This document shows, piece by piece, positions 18,035 through 28,100 of a stretch of DNA of 47,033 nt (positions are counted from its first letter, which is position 1; every line of letters starts with the position of its first letter). Location of the stretch: positions 1 through 47,033 of the forward strand of contig USMO01000001.1 in assembly GCA_900555785.1 (NCBI GenBank). Direction: 5' to 3'. The translations under genes and the position numbers were made by a program. The stretch comes from an uncultured Eubacteriales bacterium (GTDB lineage: Bacteria > Bacillota > Clostridia > Oscillospirales > CAG-272). The notes beneath the pieces were generated by a model. That model had not been told where the DNA came from. It did no database searches and worked only from the letters and a program-made list of their open reading frames with translations.

Positions 18035-18239
18035 CGTGTCGGTGATATGGCTATCAATATTGAGCGTCCTCTCGCTTGTCGATGGATCGTTTTTTCCACC
18101 GTCTCGGGTGACGGTCGTGGCTCCTTTTTTGTACGGAATGGCTTAACGTTGGATTATTTCAGCGAAATATTCTTTGGTTGGATAACGGATACAATGGTGT
18201 CTCCGGGGGCATGCTATTGGAAAAAGGAGATGAAACAAC

Positions 18240-18548
18240 ATGGTTACAACCGTCACCGATTCCACGTTTAGCGCCGAGGTGCTTGGCGCGCAGGAAGCTG
18301 TTTTGGTCGATTTCTGGGCTGCCTGGTGCGGTCCCTGCCGCTCGCTGGCGCCGATTTTTGAGGCTGCCTCGAATGAGATTGCCGGGGTCAAATTCTGCCG
18401 TCTGAATGTAGACGACTGCCCGGAGACTGCCGGCCAGTTCGGGATTCTGTCCATCCCGACTCTGGTGCTCTTTCGCGCAGGAAAAGCCGTCAAAACCGCC
18501 TCTGGCACACACACCAAGCAGCAGATTCGTCAGTTTCTGACCGAATAA
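18240..18548 (+). CDS. trxA: thioredoxin
   Basis: 102 aa with the WCGPC active site (DFWAAWCGPCRSLAP). RBS AAAGGAG. Confidence 0.95.
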   Translation: MVTTVTDSTFSAEVLGAQEAVLVDFWAAWCGPCRSLAPIFEAASNEIAGVKFCRLNVDDCPETAGQFGILSIPTLVLFRAGKAVKTASGTHTKQQIRQFLTE

Positions 18549-18594
18549 TGCCCCGACTTCCGGGTCCGGAAATCGCTTTGGCTCCGGAAAGGAT

Positions 18595-18646
18595 GGGGAG
18601 AGCAGGTCCCGCCGAAAGACGGTTCTGCTCTCCCCCTCTCTGTTTT
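18595..18646. terminator. terminator hairpin between convergent trxA and gdhA
   Basis: GGGGAGAGCAG (18595..18605) pairs with CTGCTCTCCCC (18625..18635) and is followed by CTCTCTGTTTTT. Confidence 0.6.
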
Positions 18647-20038
<1,392 letters not shown>

Positions 20039-20099
20039 TTATGCACATTTTCGTGCTTTTTCGCATGTATTAAAGCGCATGCGCAACATAACATGAAAT

Positions 20100-20128
20100 A
20101 TTATAGCACAAATCCTGCATTTTGTCAA
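20100..20128 (-). promoter_or_regulatory. gdhA promoter, perfect TTGACA-N17-TATAAT
   Basis: On the minus strand: TTGACA (20128..20123), a 17-nt spacer, then TATAAT (20105..20100), about 100 nt upstream of the gdhA ATG. Confidence 0.7.
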
Positions 20129-20299
20129 GTGGTCCGGTAAAATTTTTGCGCACGGTCCAGCAAAACCCAGTCCCCTGCGGTCGCTTCCCTGATCCGGGAC
20201 TTTTCCGGCAAAGCAGCGTTGCGACCGGGCACATTCTCTTCCTATATAAAACAGGGACCTATTTTTTTTCCGGGAGCAGAAAAGAGCGCCCGGCAATGC

Positions 20300-20328
20300 T
20301 TGACAAGCCGCACGCTTTATGGTATAAT
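20300..20328 (+). promoter_or_regulatory. orphan consensus promoter TTGACA-N17-(TGg)TATAAT with no downstream plus-strand gene
   Basis: TTGACA at 20300..20305, a 17-nt spacer, TATAAT at 20323..20328, with TG at -15/-14. It points into the 3' end of the convergent peptidase gene. Confidence 0.55.
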
Positions 20329-20425
20329 AGACGCAGAACGTCTTGCTGCGCAAGCCTTTGCGCTTCGCGCTTCCCGTATTTCGTGCGGCTGTAGCATTGA
20401 CGCGCGGCGCACCCCCTGTGGCAAG

Positions 20426-21355
20426 TCACCCGTAGAAGCTGCCCATGCGGAACAGCGTTTCGCGCAGGCGCAGATAGACCGGAAAAAACTGCGCAAGGGG
20501 CAGCGGGTTCTCCCCTTTTCCGCATTCCAGCGTCAGAGCCGGGATTCCGCATTGCGTCAGGCACCAATCGGTCAGCCCGCCGTAGGCTGCGGGTCCGGTT
20601 GCATCGCTCAGGCGGTATCCGGTCAGTCTTGCAACCTTGAGCGCGGCTTCGTGCCCGCCCGGGAGCGCTTTGCCGCCGCTGCGGTAATAGATTTCCTCCC
20701 CCTGCGTATGGAACGCCGCTACCAACCGCACGTTCTGCAGAAACCGGATGTACCCGCACAGCGCCCGGACCTCCGGCTCGGATTCCGGCTCCTGCCCTGC
20801 ATAGCGGGTCGGCGCGCCCCCGGTGATTCCGAGTTTCGTCTCGACCGCCCGGTATTCGACAAATCCCGCATCGTAGTTGTGGTTCAGGTCCACGCCGCGC
20901 GCGTTCGCCTGCCAATGCGACAGGTCGCTGCTCCCGCCGTTCATGCCGATGACCCGCTGATAGAGCGGATTTTCGCGCGTGATACCGTGCTGCTGGTACT
21001 CCACGCCGTCCGGATTGAGCATTGGGACAACATGCAGCGTGCAGCGCTCGCAAAAGGTTGGCAGCTGGATGCCGTAGACCGTTCTTCCGGCTTTGCGGTA
21101 TGCGCAAAATTCATCGACAAACCGCAGGAGCCATGCGGACGTCAGCCACTCCATGCCATGGTGCGCACCAACGTACAGCAGTTGCCGCTTGCCGCCACCG
21201 ACCGAAAGCACCGGAATCTCCCGCCCGAGGATTGAGCGCCCCAGCCCCGTCACCCGCAAAAACGGGTACCGCGCGGCGAGCGCTTTCACCGTTTCCATCA
21301 GCGCGGCATGGTCGATCGGTCGTTCCACATTCAGCCAACGGCTTGCATCCGGCAT
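20426..21355 (-). CDS. M14-family zinc carboxypeptidase (gamma-D-glutamyl-meso-DAP peptidase-like), about 309 aa
   Basis: GAHHGMEWLTS (HxxE zinc site), VDLNHNYDAGF and AFHTQGEEIYY are present. I chose the ATG at 21355 (AAGGGAG 8 nt upstream) over the GTG at 21364. Confidence 0.85.
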   Translation of the reverse strand: MPDASRWLNVERPIDHAALMETVKALAARYPFLRVTGLGRSILGREIPVLSVGGGKRQLLYVGAHHGMEWLTSAWLLRFVDEFCAYRKAGRTVYGIQLPTFCERCTLHVVPMLNPDGVEYQQHGITRENPLYQRVIGMNGGSSDLSHWQANARGVDLNHNYDAGFVEYRAVETKLGITGGAPTRYAGQEPESEPEVRALCGYIRFLQNVRLVAAFHTQGEEIYYRSGGKALPGGHEAALKVARLTGYRLSDATGPAAYGGLTDWCLTQCGIPALTLECGKGENPLPLAQFFPVYLRLRETLFRMGSFYG

Positions 21356-21433
21356 TGTCACCACTCCCTTCGGTGCTACAGCTTATGCCGCCGAATTGCA
21401 AAACTTGACCGTTTTTCGAAAAAAGGAGCTCTC

Positions 21434-22108
21434 ATGAACGAAAAAAAAGACACCCCCTACCGTCGGACCGCGCGGCTTTGCGGCATTCTGCTGCTCTCCG
21501 CCGCAATTTTTTATGCCGCCGTCTGCACGCCGATCTACCAATGGTCCAGCGCGAATATTGCAGTGAGTGAAGTATTTACGCTGATTTGGGACGCGGTGCA
21601 AAGTCTGGTCCGGTTCGCGTTTTTCTGGACCGCCGCCGCGTTTGTGCTGGTATCGGTCCGGGATTACGAACGGTCCCGCGCCATTCTGCTGCTTGCCGGA
21701 GGCGCGAACCTCCTGCTTCACGCCGGAAGTCTTGCAGCCGGACTGATTATGATGCGCGACTTTGACAGCATCGGGCTGGATCTGCTCGACCTTGCAGTCT
21801 CCTTTGCACTGGACGTCTGCCAGCTCGCGCTGTTCCGTCTGATTGCGTATCTGATGCTGGAGCGCCCCCGGCGGTCCCCGGAGGCTCCCCTGCCCGCGCG
21901 TGCGCTGATTCTGTGCGCGGCGATTCCCTCTGCACTCCAGATTGTGAGCCGGATTCTGTATGACGTTGCGGTCGGTGCACCGACAGGCAAGACCGACCTG
22001 ATTGTCATGGTCACCTATTATCTGATCGACCTTGCAGGCGTTGCAATCGGGTATCTGGCAATTCTGCTGATTTCCGACCGGCTTCCGGCAAAAAAGGAGC
22101 GCGCATGA
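21434..22108 (+). CDS. integral membrane protein, unknown function (224 aa)
   Basis: ATG at 21434 after AAAGGAG. Several hydrophobic segments. The stop overlaps the next start (ATGA). Confidence 0.75.
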   Translation: MNEKKDTPYRRTARLCGILLLSAAIFYAAVCTPIYQWSSANIAVSEVFTLIWDAVQSLVRFAFFWTAAAFVLVSVRDYERSRAILLLAGGANLLLHAGSLAAGLIMMRDFDSIGLDLLDLAVSFALDVCQLALFRLIAYLMLERPRRSPEAPLPARALILCAAIPSALQIVSRILYDVAVGAPTGKTDLIVMVTYYLIDLAGVAIGYLAILLISDRLPAKKERA

Positions 22109-22758
22109 CATCCACCAAACGAGCAGTTATTTTTGACCTGGACGGCACGCTGATTGACAACCGTGCGTCCTTTGCAAAGGCATACCGCGCCATTTGCAGC
22201 CGCTATCCGGATGTCTTTGACCCGCAGAGTCTGGAAACCGAGGAGCTGATGATTCGGTTTTACCGGTCCTCCTTTGCAAAAGAGGCTTACGATGCATTAG
22301 CCGAATCGCTTGCGCCGCGCGTGCTCCCGCCGCTGGAACCGTTTCACACCGAGTGGGGCATGACCTACGCGGGCAATGCGGTGACGCTGCCCGGCGCTGC
22401 TGAAACACTGACGCGGCTGCAGGAAAAGGGATACCGGCTGGGGCTATTGACCAACGGGGATTCCAAGCGCCAATGGGCGAAAATCCATTCCTCTGGGCTA
22501 TACCCTTACTTTGATGCGGTTGTGGTCTCCGGCGATCAGCCGTTTGAAAAGCCCGACCCGGCAATCTATCGGTTGATCCTCTCGATGCTGCAGGTTTCTG
22601 CCGGGGAAGCGCTGTTTGTCGGGGACACGCTCAAGACCGACATTGAGGGTGCCAAGCGCGCCGGAATTGATTCCCTCTGGTTGACAACGAAGCAGGAAAA
22701 CACCGCCGGGGCAACCTACCTGGCGCCGAGCGTAACCTACTTATTAGAGCTGCTGTAA
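22105..22758 (+). CDS. HAD-superfamily hydrolase (217 aa)
   Basis: Motif I VIFDLDGTLIDN, then LLTNGD, FVGDTLKTDIEGA. Confidence 0.9.
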   Translation: MTSTKRAVIFDLDGTLIDNRASFAKAYRAICSRYPDVFDPQSLETEELMIRFYRSSFAKEAYDALAESLAPRVLPPLEPFHTEWGMTYAGNAVTLPGAAETLTRLQEKGYRLGLLTNGDSKRQWAKIHSSGLYPYFDAVVVSGDQPFEKPDPAIYRLILSMLQVSAGEALFVGDTLKTDIEGAKRAGIDSLWLTTKQENTAGATYLAPSVTYLLELL

Positions 22759-22776
22759 AGCGGCTGGCACATTCGA

Positions 22777-22813
22777 AAGAGCCTATTAGAAATTCCGATA
22801 GGCTCTTTTCCTT
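22777..22813 (+). terminator. rho-independent terminator after the HAD gene
   Basis: AAGAGCCTAT (22777..22786) pairs with ATAGGCTCTT (22798..22807) and is followed by a T run. Confidence 0.7.
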
Positions 22814-22873
22814 TATCTGCTGTCTGCGATGGAACGAGACTAAATTTTGTTCTAATAGTTTTGTCGACGAAAG

Positions 22874-22903
22874 CACAAAAACACCCTCCCCGAAGGGAGG
22901 GTG
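22874..22903 (-). terminator. rho-independent terminator ending the 7-gene ABC operon
   Basis: On the minus strand: CACCCTCCC-TTCG-GGGAGGGTG followed by TTTTTGTG. Confidence 0.75.
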
Positions 22904-22910
22904 AACGGGA

Positions 22911-24104
22911 TTAGTTTGCAAGACCGGACTGCTCGATGCCCTGCACCAGGAATCTTTGGCAAAAGGCGTACAGAATCACAAGCGGGAAGATAATCATCAA
23001 GCCGCAGGTGTTCCGAATCGCAGCGTAGTACAGATCCTGTCCCGCGTAGTCGGTACGCAGGGAGCTCGGAATGGTATTGATCAGCTTGACCAACAAGTTC
23101 GTGTCGGAAGTGACGAAGAACAGGTTGGTATAGAAGTCATCGGTCCATTGCCAGCAGAACGAGAACAGGAAGACCGTAATCAGCATCGGGACGGACAGCG
23201 GCAGAATGATCTGCACGAAGGTCCGGAAGGTTCCGGAACCGTCCATGTAAGCCGATTCCTCCAGTTCGTCCGGAATGCCGCGGAAGAACTGCCGCAGCAG
23301 GAAGATGTACAGGCCGTTCTTGAATGCCAGACCGCCAAGCGACAGCAGGATCATCGGAATGTAGGTGTTAATCAGGTTGATACCGTCGGAGGTCACCTTC
23401 AGCGTCACCTTCCATGCGTCCTTCGGCACACCGCGGATGTACTCGGTATACTTGAACAGCTTAATCTCATCCGGCAGAACGTTGATCTTCTCAAAGAAGG
23501 AGGCAATGCCGGTTCCGAGGTTCTTGATGTTGTGTCCGAAGATCTGGATTCCGCCGCCCTTGAGCAGGCGCACAATGCCCAGCACATCGAAATAACGGAA
23601 GCGCATGAACATAGAGAGTTGCAGGGTCTGGTGCGGGACAATCATCGTCAGGATAACCAGCAAGAAGATGATATTTCTGCCCTTGAACTTGAACTTTGCA
23701 AATCCGTAACCGATCAGCGCGCAGATCAGCGTCTGAATCACGGCGCAGCTGAACGACAGGATGAAGGTGTTGCGGAATGCCGACCAGTAGTTCAACTCGT
23801 CGATGATTGCGCGGTAGATGTCAAGCGTGAAGTTCTTCGGAATCAGACGGACCGTTACGTCCACGAAGTCCTCCGGCGCCATGAAGGAGCCGGCGATCTT
23901 CGTCAGGAACGGGAAGATTACGATATACGAAATACCGATCAGCAGGACCATCCGGAAGATCCAGTAAACCACCTTCGTCAGGAAGTAGAGGTTTAAGAAT
24001 TTTGCTTTGAGCCGTTCCTTCAGGGGCGTCCGTTCAAAATCCACGCGGATTTTGTTTTTGGATTCCCGTTTAATGGTCGGCTTTTTTTCAATTTGAGCGT
24101 CCAT
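22911..24104 (-). CDS. ABC transporter permease (MalG-type) with an inserted extracytoplasmic loop, 397 aa
   Basis: EAA-loop region ELEESAYMDGSGTFRTFVQIILPLSVPMLITV, and six or more TM segments. Confidence 0.85.
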   Translation of the reverse strand: MDAQIEKKPTIKRESKNKIRVDFERTPLKERLKAKFLNLYFLTKVVYWIFRMVLLIGISYIVIFPFLTKIAGSFMAPEDFVDVTVRLIPKNFTLDIYRAIIDELNYWSAFRNTFILSFSCAVIQTLICALIGYGFAKFKFKGRNIIFLLVILTMIVPHQTLQLSMFMRFRYFDVLGIVRLLKGGGIQIFGHNIKNLGTGIASFFEKINVLPDEIKLFKYTEYIRGVPKDAWKVTLKVTSDGINLINTYIPMILLSLGGLAFKNGLYIFLLRQFFRGIPDELEESAYMDGSGTFRTFVQIILPLSVPMLITVFLFSFCWQWTDDFYTNLFFVTSDTNLLVKLINTIPSSLRTDYAGQDLYYAAIRNTCGLMIIFPLVILYAFCQRFLVQGIEQSGLAN

Positions 24105-24117
24105 TCGTTATCCCCCT

Positions 24118-25107
24118 TTACTCAGCCTTCCGCTGGTAGAACACAAACGCCGAAATGATTGCCGCAATGATCGACACGATGACGATGACGATCAGGAAGT
24201 AAATCCACGACATTGCCGAGCTGAGCACCTGACCGTTCGATGCCGAATACTTCTGCGAAATGAAGGTCATCACCACGTTGCTTTCGGTTGTGAAGGAGTC
24301 GATGATCGTATACACGGCGTTGACCAGAATCATCGGCGTAATCATCGGGAAGGTTACCTTCCAGAAGGTTTCCCATGCGGTTGCGCCGTCAATCTTACAG
24401 GATTCGTAGATTGCAGGCGAAATCGACTGAAGCGATGCCAGGAAGATCAGCATCTGCACGCCGGAGCGGTTGACGATTCCGTAGATGTTGTTGATTGCCA
24501 TTGTCACGTAATCCACGATTTCGGTACCGACCTTCATGTTTGCGAACAATCGCTGCAGGTCCATGCTGGAGACCAGTTCGGTCGCCGCGCTGGAACCGGT
24601 ACCGGTATCGATACCGTCCGTGCCTTCCATGTAATCAGACATGATGTCGCTTGCCGCAATCGTTTCCATAATACCGGTTGACAAGATGACCGGGATGAAG
24701 AAGATTGCCCGGAACACGCCCCGTCCAGCCATATTCTGGTTCAGCATCACCGCCATGAACAGCGAGAAGATGATGATTGCGGGAATTTCGAATGCCAGCT
24801 GCTTGAGTCCGGACACCAGCGTTTTCGCAAAGTCCGGATCCTCCGTCAGCGCCTCTTTGTAGTTCTTCCAGCCGACGAACTCGGTGGTATAGGCACCGCC
24901 GCCGGTTCCGGCATTGATTTTGGAAAAGCTGAACACGATGGAGTCCTTGATCATCGGCAGGTAGATCAGCACAAACCCGATCAGGAACGGCAGGATGAAC
25001 AGCCATCCCGAACGTGCCTTGCGCCGGTCAAGAGATGCAATTTTTCTTTTTTTCGGTTCCTTGACCTTTTCGGCGGTCATCGGAGCCTGATTCATATCCG
25101 TTGTCAT
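24118..25107 (-). CDS. ABC transporter permease (MalF-type), 329 aa
   Basis: YESCKIDGATAWETFWKVTFPMITPMILV is an EAA-loop signature. RBS GGGGAGG. Confidence 0.85.
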   Translation of the reverse strand: MTTDMNQAPMTAEKVKEPKKRKIASLDRRKARSGWLFILPFLIGFVLIYLPMIKDSIVFSFSKINAGTGGGAYTTEFVGWKNYKEALTEDPDFAKTLVSGLKQLAFEIPAIIIFSLFMAVMLNQNMAGRGVFRAIFFIPVILSTGIMETIAASDIMSDYMEGTDGIDTGTGSSAATELVSSMDLQRLFANMKVGTEIVDYVTMAINNIYGIVNRSGVQMLIFLASLQSISPAIYESCKIDGATAWETFWKVTFPMITPMILVNAVYTIIDSFTTESNVVMTFISQKYSASNGQVLSSAMSWIYFLIVIVIVSIIAAIISAFVFYQRKAE

Positions 25108-25125
25108 GCTATTGCACCTCCCCTA

Positions 25126-28100
25126 TCAGTTCGCCGAGCGCGGGATCATGACATACCCGCCGGCTTCGATCGTATAGACAACGCCCATGTAGACAACGCG
25201 GACTGCATAGCTGTTGTAGTTGAGCAGGAACGTCTTGTAGGGCGTCTTGCTCGTGCGGTCACCGTAGGTCACGGCAACCACATTGTTGTTGCTGACCTGA
25301 TAACGCTGACTGTCGTCCTTGACGGTCTCCTGCTCGGTATCCTCGGTGGTATCGGGCATTTTGCCTTCCTTCTTGACATCCTCAACGTCCAGAACGATGG
25401 TCAGCTCGCCCTTCACCTCAGCCGAATTTGCCTCTGCAAACATTGCATCGAACTTCACGGCAAACGCGCCGGTTGCTTCGCCCGCCAGGTCTGCAGCATC
25501 CACGCCGGCAGCAGTCTCCAACTCGGTCTTCTTGGCGGTCAGCCAAGCCGACATCTCGTCGAACTGCGCCTTTGCGATCTTGTACTGCTCAGAATCGGTC
25601 CCCTTCTCGTCCGCAATCAGCTGCAGCGCGGCTTCGAGCTTTTCGTAAACTGCCGTTGCCTGCTTGTAAGCGCGCACGATACGGTCATAGTTGTTCCAGG
25701 TTGTAACTGCCAGCGAACGGAATGCGACCAGAGCATCATAGCGTCCCTCAACGATTGCATCCTCGCCGGTCTTCTTCAGGTTGTCCAGCGTGGTCCGCAT
25801 TGCTGCAGCATTGGTTGCCAGCGGCTTTGCATTGTCATCGGCTGCCTGCAGAATATTCTCCAGCGTTTCAATGGCACTGCGGAGTGCAACGCTTGCTTCT
25901 GCGACCGATGCAATCTTGTTGATTGCGTCATCGCGCTCTGCCTTTTCAGCCGCCTCCTTGGCATCCTCGAGCTTCTTTTTCAGAAGCGTTTCCAGCTCGT
26001 CAAGGTCCAGGACACGCTCAGTTGCAAACTTCGCGCCGTCGCTGCCGATGTTGTTGTAGTTCAGGAACTCGTGCCCAACAATGGTTTTGGTCTGGACGTC
26101 AGCCAGCAGCCCGTTGAGCGTATTGTAGTAGTTGATGACATCATCCTTCCAGATGCTGTACTGGATGGAGTAATACTGGCTCAGGACCTCGTCCTCCTTC
26201 AGCTCCTCCGTGTTCCGGTAGGAGAGGATGAAGTACAGACCCGCGCCGTTTTCGATTGCCTTTAGGAGCGCGTAATCGGTGTCGCCTTCCTCATTCAGCG
26301 CAGTGCCTGCGAACTGAATGTATCCGTGCAGGACCGCACCCAGGAACGGAACCGAGCAGGCTGCCTTGACATACCGGCTGGAATCCAGGTCCATGTTAAT
26401 GATGTAGTCCATGTAGCGCCAGGTATACGCGTTACCGCCGTCGGTCATCAGACTGTAGTCCTTGCTCAGGGCAGCCAGTGCCTTTTCGGTAAACTCCTTG
26501 CTGTCCTCGCGGTTATACGGATCATCCTCGTCAAAGTCGGAGTTCAGAGCCGTACCGAGCGATGCAACCGACATGGTGTGAATGTCGTATTTGCCGTACT
26601 TCTTCAGCAGCTTCTCATAGAACTTGCTGTAGCGGGACGGCGAAATTGCCAGCGAATAGAAGCTGACGTACTTCTGCTGCGTTGCGCTGTACTGTCTCTT
26701 GGAGGAGTAGCGGTTATCGATGGTCTTGATTGCGTCCTTCTTGAGGTTCAGTGCGTCAAACAGGGTGTTCTCGGTGCAGTATGCAAAGTCGAAATCCGGG
26801 AACAGACCGATCTGACGGTCATCGTCTGCCGAGTTGATTGCCTTTGCCTGCTCGAGCAGCTTCTTGAAGCCGGATTTGCCTCCGACCTTGCCGACCCAGG
26901 ACAGCGACGACGGGATTTTGGAATACATACCGCCGTTTGCAAAGCCGGTCATTTTGAAGTTGATGTTGTTCACGCCGCTCTCCGACAGCTCATTGTACAT
27001 CGTCATGATGTCCTCAAAGGTGGTGAACGGTGTCATCAGGTCAACCGGGATGGTTGCAACGGTCTGCTGGGTCTTCATACCGCCGAAGACTTCCATGTAA
27101 AGCGGAATGTTCGCCGTTACGTCATCCTCGGTCAGTTCGGTCAGAACGCCTTCGCTGATGAGGTAATCCCGGTAAGCCTCAGCCATGCCGAGCCAGGATG
27201 CATCGTAGTGCTTTCCGGATTCGTTCTTGGCAAGCTGCTCGTCGCGCAGAAGCTGATACTGGATTTTAATGTTGCCGGTATATTTCCGGTTGGAAACGAC
27301 CGTCCAGGTGCTGCTGCTCGTAACCGAGATGGAATCTGCGATGTCGTAGCTGTCCTTCGGCTTCGGGTTGAAGTAGTTACTCATCGTGGCGTAGTCGGAA
27401 AGTGTGCCGGCGAAATAGGTTTCGATTTCGCCAAGCGACTCGCCCGCCTCGATGATGGCAAGATAACCGCGCTTGTAGCTGTCTGCCTGGATGTCACCCA
27501 AGAGTTCGCCGCCGAGCTTTTCGACGCTTGCCTTGATATCATCGATGCTCATGACGGTGTTCGACACCTTTTCGGTATGTTTGATTGCGTTGCCGTCCTC
27601 GTCCTTCACCTGATAGGTGTAGGTGTAGATGACCTCGGTTGCAACCGTACCGTACACGGGGGTCCGGATTGCCTTCTGATAGGTTCCGGAGATCTGGTGG
27701 TATGCATAGTCCACACCGTAGATCTTGCCACGAATGGTGTTGGTCTTGGTCAGGTTGAAATCAAACAGCGAGCCGGAGCCGTCCGGATAGAAGTTGTAGC
27801 CTTCGTTTTTGGTGTTGCCGGCACCCATATACGGCAGAATCGAAATGTTCTCCAGCGTATAGGATGCCATGTTGTACTGCAGACCGTTGACCGGAACGCG
27901 GACCAGCAGTCCGTTTTCGTTCAGCGAATACTCCAGCGCCAGCTTGAATGCCGGGTACTCTTCGTCGGTTGCCTCGTAGTGCGTGGTCTCGTGGTCGGCA
28001 TCCATCTGCTCGAAGGTGTAATCCGGGCAATACTTCTTGATATACTCCTCAATCTGCGTAATCTCGACAGACGATGCGTCGGTGGAGAAGACACGAATCG

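Noticed and set aside
20039-20394. Small ORFs in the gdhA upstream region (20039..20353 minus, 20122..20394 plus).
   Set aside because: They overlap two consensus promoters and a 5' leader, lack RBSs, and have non-protein-like composition.
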